From an uncultured Bacteroidales bacterium (lineage in GTDB: Bacteria; Bacteroidota; Bacteroidia; Bacteroidales; UBA932): a stretch of 64,000 bases of DNA. The first letter of the stretch is position 1, and every line of letters starts with the position of its first letter. Below the pieces are notes generated by a model. The model was given only the letters and a program-made list of their open reading frames with translations. It did not search any database and had not been told where the DNA came from. The position numbers and the translations under genes are program-made. The DNA lies in assembly GCA_905234285.1 (NCBI GenBank), contig CAJOHK010000001.1, positions 5,375 through 69,374 on the forward strand, written 5' to 3'. This document shows, in pieces, positions 57,068 to 64,000 of the stretch.

Positions 57068-59695
57068 TTATAGGCCCAGCTCGGCCTGCATGGCGCGCAG
57101 CAGGTCGAAGGCTTGGAGGGGCGTCATATTGTTGAGGTCGGCCGACTTGAGGCGGTCCCGCAAAGACTCCAGCAGCGGGTCTTCCAGCTGGAACATGCTC
57201 AGCTGCAGGGAGCCGTCGCTCTCTACATGGCCTTCCTTGATATTATGCGGTTTCACAGGGGTAGAAGCGCTGATAACCCCCAATTTCTCGCTGTTCTCCA
57301 GTACTTTTAGCGTGCGTTCGGCGCTTTCAAGGACGGCAGCGGGCATGCCGGCCATACGGGCCACATGGATACCGAAGCTGTGCGCCGAGCCGCCTTCCTT
57401 GATCTTGCGCAGGAACAGAACCTCCCGTCCTACCTCCTTCACGGTCACGTGGAAGTTCTTCACGCGCGGGAAAATGCCTTCCAGGTCGTTGAGCTCGTGG
57501 TAGTGCGTGGCAAAGAGCGTCTTGGCGCCCTTGCCGTACTCATGGATGTACTCCACAATGCCCCGGGCGATGGACATGCCGTCGTAGGTAGAAGTGCCGC
57601 GGCCAATCTCGTCCAGCAGCACCAGGGAGCGGCCGCTCAGGTTGTTCAGGATCATGGCCGTTTCCAGCATCTCTACCATGAAGGTGGACTCGCCGCGGGA
57701 AATGTTGTCGGTGGCGCCCACGCGGGTGAAAAGCTTGTCGCACCAGCCGATATGCGCCTCGGCCGCCGGGACAAAGGAGCCGGCCTGCGCCATGAGCACA
57801 ATGAGTGCGGTCTGCCGCAGAAGGGCCGATTTACCCGCCATATTGGGACCGGTGAGGATGATGATCTGCTGCTTCTCGGTGTCCAGGTAGACGTCGTTGG
57901 GGATGTATTCCTCGCCTGCGGGCATGAGCGTTTCTATCACGGGGTGGCGGCCCTGACGGATGTCCAGGACTTTGCCGTCGTTCATCTGCGGGCGGCAGTA
58001 ATGGTGCTCGCGGGCCTGCTCGGCAAACCCGGCCAGCACGTCCAGCTTGGCCAGAATGCGGCTGTTGGCCTGAATCTGCGGAATCTGCTGCTGGATTTTG
58101 CCGATAAGATCGGCGTACAGTCGACTCTCGATGGCGTAGATCTGGTCTTCGGCGGTGAGGATTTTTTCCTCGTAGTCCTTGAGTTCCTCGGTGATGTAAC
58201 GCTCGGCGTTCACCAGGGTTTGCTTGCGAATCCACTCCGGCGGAACCTGGTCCTTATAGGCATTGCGAACCTCTATATAATAGCCAAAAACGTTGTTGTA
58301 GGCTATCTTGAGGGAGGAAATGCCGGTGCGTTCGGCCTCGCGCTGCTGCATTTGCAGGAGGTAGTCCTTGCCGCCGGCGCTGAGGCTGCGCAACTCGTCC
58401 AGTTCGGCGTCTACGCCCGGGGCGATGACAGGGCCCTTGCCGATTTGCAAGGCGGGTTCCGGTGCCATCACGCGCTGGATTTCCTGCAGCAGTTTGTCGC
58501 AGTTTCGGAGGCCTTTGAGCAGTTTTTCGGCGGCCTCGCTCCCCTGCAGGCGGTCCTTGATGGGGCTGGTGAGGGCCAGGCCCCGGCCCAGCTGCACCAC
58601 CTCGCGCGGGAGAGCCTTGCCGGTAGCCACCCGGCCCAGGATGCGCTCCAAGTCCCCCATCTTGCCCAAGTCCATCTGGGTGTCCAGGAGAATTTCCGGC
58701 TGCGCGGTGAAGTATTCCACCAGGTCATAGCGGGCGTTAAGCTCCTTCAGGTCCATGATGGGCATGGCCAGCCAGCTTCGCAGCATGCGGGCGCCCATGG
58801 GGCTGGAGCATTTGTCCAGGGTTTGCACCAGCGACACGCCATCGGCCCCGGAGGCGCTTTGAAACACCTCCAGGTTGCGCAGGGTGAACTTATCCATCCA
58901 CACGAACTTGGCCTCGTCTATGCGGCCGATGGTACAGATGTTCCTGAGGCCGGTGTGCTGGGTTTGCTCCAGGTACACCAACAGGGCGCCGGCACTGCAG
59001 ATGCCCAGCGGGTAGGGATCTACGGCGAAGCCCTTGAGACTGTCGGCCTGCAACTGGCGCTTGAGGCGCTCCACGGCGGCATCGTACACAAAGGCCCACT
59101 CGTCGATGGAGGTGGTATAAATGTCGCCGAAGCGCTCCCGGAAACCTTTTTCGTAGCCGCGCTGCACCACCAGCTCCTTGGGTTTGAGCGAGCCGACAAG
59201 GGTGCCGATATACTCCAGCGTACCCTGCGCCACCTGGAACTGGCCGGTGGACACATCCAGGAAAGCGGCGCCGCAGCGGTCCTTTTCTACGGTGAGGCCG
59301 CAGAGGAAGTTGTTTTCCTTGGTCTCCAGCATGTTTTCCCCAAAGGAAATGCCGGGGGTGACAATCTCGGTGATGCCGCGCTTGACCAGCTTTTTGGCAA
59401 ACTTAGGATCCTCCAGCTGGTCGCACACCGCCACTTTATAACCGGCGCGCACCAGTTTGGTGAGGTAGTTCTCCAGGGCATGGTGCGGGAAACCGGCCAT
59501 GGCCACGGGGCCTTTGTCGCCGTTGGACTTTTTGGTCTGGACCAGGCCCAGGACCCGCACGGCGGTGATGGCGTCGTCGGAGTACATCTCGTAAAAGTCC
59601 CCCACCCTATATAGCAGCAGGGCCTCGGGGTGTTGTGCTTTCACCTCGAAGTAATGCTTGAGCATGGGGGTATCTTCTGCCACCTTCTTTGCCAT
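57068..59695 (-). CDS. mutS: DNA mismatch repair protein MutS
   Basis: TPM...GDFYE, TGPNMAGKS, STFMVEM, DEIGRGTST, FATHYHEL and SFGIHVA motifs; start MAKK at 59695, with -7 box at 59717-59724. Confidence 0.97.
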   Translation of the reverse strand: MAKKVAEDTPMLKHYFEVKAQHPEALLLYRVGDFYEMYSDDAITAVRVLGLVQTKKSNGDKGPVAMAGFPHHALENYLTKLVRAGYKVAVCDQLEDPKFAKKLVKRGITEIVTPGISFGENMLETKENNFLCGLTVEKDRCGAAFLDVSTGQFQVAQGTLEYIGTLVGSLKPKELVVQRGYEKGFRERFGDIYTTSIDEWAFVYDAAVERLKRQLQADSLKGFAVDPYPLGICSAGALLVYLEQTQHTGLRNICTIGRIDEAKFVWMDKFTLRNLEVFQSASGADGVSLVQTLDKCSSPMGARMLRSWLAMPIMDLKELNARYDLVEYFTAQPEILLDTQMDLGKMGDLERILGRVATGKALPREVVQLGRGLALTSPIKDRLQGSEAAEKLLKGLRNCDKLLQEIQRVMAPEPALQIGKGPVIAPGVDAELDELRSLSAGGKDYLLQMQQREAERTGISSLKIAYNNVFGYYIEVRNAYKDQVPPEWIRKQTLVNAERYITEELKDYEEKILTAEDQIYAIESRLYADLIGKIQQQIPQIQANSRILAKLDVLAGFAEQAREHHYCRPQMNDGKVLDIRQGRHPVIETLMPAGEEYIPNDVYLDTEKQQIIILTGPNMAGKSALLRQTALIVLMAQAGSFVPAAEAHIGWCDKLFTRVGATDNISRGESTFMVEMLETAMILNNLSGRSLVLLDEIGRGTSTYDGMSIARGIVEYIHEYGKGAKTLFATHYHELNDLEGIFPRVKNFHVTVKEVGREVLFLRKIKEGGSAHSFGIHVARMAGMPAAVLESAERTLKVLENSEKLGVISASTPVKPHNIKEGHVESDGSLQLSMFQLEDPLLESLRDRLKSADLNNMTPLQAFDLLRAMQAELGL

Positions 59696-59789
59696 GAGAC
59701 TGTGAGTTATATCGTACAAATATAGTGTTTTTCTTTGAGTGTTGTAGCCGGCTTGGTCCTGTGTTCTAAGCGCCGGCTTGTTGCCGCGT

Positions 59790-59888
59790 TCACTTAAGTT
59801 GCTAATAATCAATCATTTGCTGATATTCAGTCCGGCTATTTGCCGGACTTCTTTTCTGTAAATCACTTATTCACAGCGAGTTGGGTGA
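59790..59888. repeat. Box-hairpin-box element, family A copy 5
   Basis: ATTCAGTCCGGCTATTTGCCGGACT core; boxes at 59795 and 59859. Confidence 0.85.
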
Positions 59889-59932
59889 CCGGCGAAAAAG
59901 AGAGAAACGGAAAGATAGGTTACCTTTGCCGC

Positions 59933-60958
59933 ATGAAGTGGGTTTTGAGCATCTGTGTGGCCGCAATTTTGGCCGATAGCGCCCTTGCGGGGCCGTCCGG
60001 GGACACCGTAGCCAGTTCACCGGGGGATACGCTGGGGGTGATGTTTTGGAACTTGGAGAATTTTTTCGATTACCGGAACGATTCCACCACGGTGGCCGGG
60101 GCCGAATTCTCCTCCCGCGGGGAGCGCCGATGGACCCGGAAGCGCTTTGAGGCCAAGTGCAACGCAGTGGCAAAGGGCATCCTGTGGGCCGGGGGCCAGG
60201 AGGGCCGATTGCCCGATGCCATTGGCGTGGCCGAAGTGGAGAATGCTTTTGTTCTCAGGCGGCTACTGCAAAGTACAGCGCTCAGGAAGCTGGATTACCG
60301 GATAGTTCACTTTGACTCGCCAGATCCCAGGGGCATCGACGTGGCGCTCCTGTACCGGGAAGGCCGACTAAGGTTCATCCGGGCCAAGCCATGCCACCTG
60401 TATGCCGATTCGGCCGGTACGCGCTCACGGGAGGTTCTTTGCACCCGGGACATATTGCTGGCCGAGTTCGAGCGGCCCGGCGGGGAGCCCATCGCGTTTC
60501 TGGTGAACCATCACCCTTCCAAATACGGCGGCGCACAGGTGTCGGTGGCCCGGCGAAGGGTGGCGGTGGAGCGGCTTAGGTTTTTGGCCGATTCGCTGCT
60601 GGCGGCCGGCGTGGAACAGGTGGTAGCCATGGGCGATTTCAACGACACGCCGGCCAATCCGCTGTACCGGGAGCTGGCGCCGGTGCTCACCAATCTGGGC
60701 GAGCCGCTGCACCGGGCCGGCATCGGCAGCATCAAATATCAGGGCCGATGGGAACTCATCGACCTGTTCTTTGTGTCGCCGGCGCTGGGCAACCCGGCCA
60801 TGAAGGTGCTGGAAATCCCCTTTCTGCAGGTCCGGGACCGGTCTTTTGCCGGCACAAAGCCGCTCCGCACCTACTCCGGCCCCCGCTACCTCGGCGGCGT
60901 CTCTGACCATTTCCCCATTTGGCTAACCCTTCCCCCTGGCGTGGATGTAAGTAATTAA
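59933..60958 (+). CDS. Secreted endonuclease/exonuclease/phosphatase family protein
   Basis: WNLENFFD, AEVEN, SPDPRGIDVALLY, NHHPS, MGDFND and SDHFP motifs; -7 box TACCTTTG at 59921-59928. Confidence 0.9.
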   Translation: MKWVLSICVAAILADSALAGPSGDTVASSPGDTLGVMFWNLENFFDYRNDSTTVAGAEFSSRGERRWTRKRFEAKCNAVAKGILWAGGQEGRLPDAIGVAEVENAFVLRRLLQSTALRKLDYRIVHFDSPDPRGIDVALLYREGRLRFIRAKPCHLYADSAGTRSREVLCTRDILLAEFERPGGEPIAFLVNHHPSKYGGAQVSVARRRVAVERLRFLADSLLAAGVEQVVAMGDFNDTPANPLYRELAPVLTNLGEPLHRAGIGSIKYQGRWELIDLFFVSPALGNPAMKVLEIPFLQVRDRSFAGTKPLRTYSGPRYLGGVSDHFPIWLTLPPGVDVSN

Positions 60959-61045
60959 TAATGAGCTAATTAACTATTTACCCCCAGGCATTTTAGCCGG
61001 TGGATAAACAGATAAAACATTGAATATAAACAACTTACATCCACG
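60940..61045. repeat. Box-hairpin-box element, family B copy 2 (contains the EEP stop codon)
   Basis: CGTGGATGTAAG/CTTACATCCACG ends; TACCCCCAGGC core; boxes at 60948 and 61013. Confidence 0.78.
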
Positions 61046-61129
61046 GGGCGCTAGGCTTTTAATTGTGGCAAAGATTCACTATATTTGCAAGACACGTACT
61101 GTTTTGCCACATAATAAATACAAAACTAT

Positions 61130-62272
61130 ATGAAAGCTAAGATTCAGGAAAAATTCAAGTCTCTGTTTGGAACAGAAGGTAAGCTTTACATGTCCAGCGG
61201 CCGCATCAACCTCATTGGCGAGCACACGGACTACAATGGCGGTTATGTATTCCCCGGTGCCATCAACTTTGGCATTATGGCCGCCATCCTGCCCAACGGA
61301 ACAGACAAAGTAAAGCTCTTCTCCATAGACTTTGACCAATACACGGAGTTCGGCCTCAACGAGGAAGATAAACCCAAAGAGTCCTGGGCCTGGTATATAT
61401 TTGGCGTATGCCGCGAGACCCTCAAGCGGGGCGGCAAAGTGCAGGGCTTCAACGCCGTTTTTGCCGGCGATGTTCCCCTGGGCGCCGGCCTCAGCTCATC
61501 GGCCGCGCTGGAGAGCGTGTTCGCCTTTGCCATCAACGAGATTAACGGCAACGGTATCGACAAGTTCGAACTGGCAAAAATCGGCCAGAGCACAGAGCAC
61601 AATTACTGCGGCGTCAAGTGCGGCATCATGGACCAGTTCGCCTCCATCTTCGGCAAGGAAGGCTCCCTGATGCGCCTCAACTGCAAAACCGGCGAGTACA
61701 AGTACTTCCCCTTCCATCCTAAGGGCTACAAACTTGTTCTCCTGGACACCTGCGTCAAGCACGAGCTGGCCTCCAGCGCCTACAACAAGCGCCGGGAATC
61801 CTGTGAAAAGGCGGCCGCAGCCATCAAGGCCAACCACCCGGAGGTAGACTTCCTCTCCGACGCCAAGCGCATCTGGCTGGACGAGGTACGTGACAAGATT
61901 TCCCAGGAAGACTTCATCCGGGCCGAGTATGTAATCGGCGAGGTGCAGCGCGTGCTGGATGTGTGCGATGCCCTGGAGCGCGACGACTACGAGACCGTGG
62001 GCGAGATGATGTATCAGACCCACTTCGGCCTGAGCAAACTCTACGAAGTCTCCTGCGAGGAACTGGACTTCCTGAACAAACTGGCCCGCAAGATGGACGT
62101 CACCGGCTCCCGCGTCATGGGCGGCGGCTTCGGCGGATGCACCATCAACCTGGTTAAAGAAGAGCTGTACGACGCCTTCATCGAGGCCGCCAAGAAGGAA
62201 TTCGAAAAGAAGTTCGGCCACGCTCCCAAGATTTATAACGTTGTCATCAGCGATGGCGCTCGCAAGCTGTAG
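61130..62272 (+). CDS. galK: Galactokinase
   Basis: GRINLIGEHTDYN, PLGAGLSSSAA, CGIMDQF and GSRVMGGGFGGC motifs. Confidence 0.96.
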   Translation: MKAKIQEKFKSLFGTEGKLYMSSGRINLIGEHTDYNGGYVFPGAINFGIMAAILPNGTDKVKLFSIDFDQYTEFGLNEEDKPKESWAWYIFGVCRETLKRGGKVQGFNAVFAGDVPLGAGLSSSAALESVFAFAINEINGNGIDKFELAKIGQSTEHNYCGVKCGIMDQFASIFGKEGSLMRLNCKTGEYKYFPFHPKGYKLVLLDTCVKHELASSAYNKRRESCEKAAAAIKANHPEVDFLSDAKRIWLDEVRDKISQEDFIRAEYVIGEVQRVLDVCDALERDDYETVGEMMYQTHFGLSKLYEVSCEELDFLNKLARKMDVTGSRVMGGGFGGCTINLVKEELYDAFIEAAKKEFEKKFGHAPKIYNVVISDGARKL

Positions 62273-62867
62273 CAATTGTGGTAAACAGACGGAGGTAGAA
62301 GTCCGTCAAAGCATTAACGTCGCCCTTGATCCGGACCTCAAAGCCCGGGTCAAGGACGGCTCTTTATTTGTGTGGGAGTGCCCCTACTGCGGCCACCGCA
62401 ACCTGGCCAAATACCAGACGCTGTACCATGACCCGGACGCCAAACTCATGGTTTGGCTACTCCCGGGCAGCGAACAGCCCCCGAAGGCTGTGGCCGATGC
62501 CGTCAAGGACCTGGAAGGCTACACGCTGCGCCTGGTGCGGGAGGTGGGCGACCTCATTGAAAAAGTGAACATCCACGATGCCGCCCTGGACGACACCGTG
62601 CTGGAAATGTGCAAATGGGTTACGCGCCGGGAACTGGCCGCCAAGAATCCAGAGGCCGCCGACGCCGCCCTGCGCTTCCTGCGCCTGGAAGGGGCCGACA
62701 ACGACTTGGTCATGGCCTTCCCCCTGAACGGCCAGATGCAGGTGGTGAACATCGGCTTCAATGTGTACGAAGACGCCCGCGGCATCCTGAGCCGCAACCC
62801 TTCCGTAAAGCCCGCCGAAGGCTTCGCCCTGGTGGACGCCGCCTGGATAGACCAGTTTTTTCGCTAG
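62253..62867 (+). CDS. CpXC-domain (zinc-ribbon) protein
   Basis: CSNC...SIN...DP.LK...LF..ECPYCG...LYHD pattern; overlaps the galK 3' end by 20 nt. Confidence 0.75.
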   Translation: MALASCSNCGKQTEVEVRQSINVALDPDLKARVKDGSLFVWECPYCGHRNLAKYQTLYHDPDAKLMVWLLPGSEQPPKAVADAVKDLEGYTLRLVREVGDLIEKVNIHDAALDDTVLEMCKWVTRRELAAKNPEAADAALRFLRLEGADNDLVMAFPLNGQMQVVNIGFNVYEDARGILSRNPSVKPAEGFALVDAAWIDQFFR

Positions 62868-62870
62868 ACT

Positions 62871-63222
62871 TTACATCGCTACGCGGGCAAGCATCCACGT
62901 TTGAATCGACTTGTTGTTTGCTTTATTGGATGCGTCATACCAAACCAGCGCAATTTGTGTGTCTGGATAGCCCCACATGAGGTTATTTAAAATAATCTCA
63001 TGGCAGGCATCCTGCGCCTTTTTGACATTATCGTTGGTATACTGTACGGTCTTTTTGGCGTTGTTGGGAAGCACCTTGTCAATAACCATTGCTCCCAGAC
63101 ACAACAACGGCCTCAAAATAGCCATCCTTCCCCACCAAATCCGAGTCTTTCTTACAAGCACTCAGCAGCAGGCTCATACCCAGCACTGCGCATACTATGG
63201 TCAGAATGTGTTTTGCTTTCAT
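62871..63222 (-). pseudogene. Frameshifted low-GC lipoprotein gene
   Basis: MKAKHILTIVCAVLGMSLLLSACKK... stops at 63079; the adjacent frame continues (MVIDKVLPNN...) to 62871. -7 box at 63238-63245. Confidence 0.6.
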
Positions 63223-63306
63223 AATTCAGAGTTTTCACAAAGATAGTTGTTTTTACCAAATCTAACCGTAGACTACGGCAGGGCAGGGCTTGCCCCTCGC
63301 CCCTCC

Positions 63307-63414
63307 CGTCGAATGCAAGTAGCTCACTCATAGCAACTTAGCCAAAACACCCTACCGATTATTCGGCAGGGTGTTTTGCGTATTCTGCTGACAATCAATC
63401 ACTTCCATTCAACG
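63307..63414. repeat. Box-hairpin-box element, family C
   Basis: CGTCGAATG/CATTCAACG ends; core AAAACACCCTACCGA...TCGGCAGGGTGTTTT; boxes at 63316 and 63381. Confidence 0.7.
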
Positions 63415-63420
63415 CTTATG

Positions 63421-63541
63421 AGCCGGAGGTAGGGAATACCCTCACGGGGACATGTGCACCCCCGCACATGGGTAGGGGGAGGGGCCGGAACGGAGCGAAG
63501 CGCAGAGGAGTTCCCCGTGAGGGTATTCCCTACCTCCGGCT
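63421..63541. repeat. MITE/REP-like element with perfect 30-bp terminal inverted repeats
   Basis: agccggaggtagggaataccctcacgggga (63421-63450) and its exact reverse complement at 63512-63541. Confidence 0.8.
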
Positions 63542-63559
63542 GGCAGCTAGCTGTTGGCG

Positions 63560-63742
63560 CTCGGACACCATAACGCCCAATCCGTGTCTGCACGCCACTA
63601 AAACGCCCGCCGAGACACCAAAACGGCCATTTGGTGTCCGCACCGCCAGCCAGGCATGTCCAACGGTCCAAACAATGGGACGTTAGGCATGGAAATGGCC
63701 GAAATACCTGCCCAACGGTCCAGTCAGTGGGACGTTGGGCAA
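63560..63742. repeat. Two pairs of degenerate hairpin repeats
   Basis: gacacca..aacg.c.a....gtgtc twice; ccaacggtcca....a.tgggacgtt.ggca twice. Confidence 0.65.
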
Positions 63743-63824
63743 GAAAACCTAAACAGGGATGGCGCGAAGTGGAGAGGAAGTGGCTGATACTCAGTAGATT
63801 ACACACCATGGGCAGAATCGGCCC

Positions 63825-64000
63825 CTACGCGTCAAAGGCCCAGATGATGGCTTCTTCCAGGACTTCGCCGGGGCGTAACACGGTGCTGGGGAAGCCGGGC
63901 TGATTGGGGGAATCCGGGGCGTGCTGGCATTCGATGGCTACGGCATCGTAGTCCTGATAGTTGCGTCCAGCTTTGCCGAGGGGGCAGCCGGCGAGCCAGT
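63825..64000 (-). CDS. galM: Aldose 1-epimerase, C-terminal fragment (gene enters from beyond the window)
   Basis: Hand translation ...WLAGCPLGKAGRNYQDYDAVAIECQHAPDSPNQPGFPSTVLRPGE...AFDA*, the mutarotase E.Q..PDSPN.P.FP motif. Confidence 0.85.
   Translation of the reverse strand, partial: WLAGCPLGKAGRNYQDYDAVAIECQHAPDSPNQPGFPSTVLRPGEVLEEAIIWAFDA

Noticed and set aside
59696-59932. N-terminal extensions of mutS (to 59812) and the EEP gene (from 59840); likewise rnhB from 10798, YegP from 54407 and the nucleotidyltransferase from 55767
   Set aside because: The extensions run through promoter boxes, repeats or the neighbouring gene; downstream ATGs match the family N-termini.
63399-63903. Short ORFs in the terminal repeat cluster
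   Set aside because: They overlap palindromic repeats and show no protein-like features.

Overview
GC-rich (~60%) Bacteroidales-type chromosomal window, judged from the SusC/SusD pairs, many lipoproteins and TAnnTTTG -7 promoter boxes. In order it holds: (1) a beta-mannan-type PUL (GH26 truncated at the edge, a duplicated-domain lipoprotein, SusD, SusC, GH130, SSS symporter, divergent AraC; 1-10575); (2) rnhB; (3) a ~30 kb minus-strand chitin/chitosan-type PUL with tandem SusC/D pairs, in which one SusC is fused to a C-terminal OmpA-like domain. This PUL also has two GH18s, a CsxA-like GH2, an alkaline phosphatase, a ROK kinase, a XylR-like regulator, two BACON lipoproteins, three paralogous adhesin-like lipoproteins and an unannotated 54-aa peptide; (4) a low-GC island flanked by 27-bp direct repeats, encoding a large alpha/beta-hydrolase and paralogous lipoproteins; (5) housekeeping genes (LytTR, TPR lipoprotein, YfhO, GT4, YegP, MurU/AmgK-like pair, mutS, EEP nuclease, galK, CpXC protein, galM end). 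The non-coding DNA carries nine ~100-bp elements with four unrelated hairpin cores but one shared architecture: 25-bp TAA-N4-YTG-N5-CAR-N4-TTA box, hairpin, second box, with box starts 64-67 nt apart. It also has a 51-bp tandem hairpin array, a covarying hairpin pair and a candidate switchable RNA leader; a further palindrome is inserted in frame in yfhO. No rRNA, tRNA, CRISPR array, integrase, transposase or reverse transcriptase was recognised. All family assignments are by eye from motifs, not from database searches.
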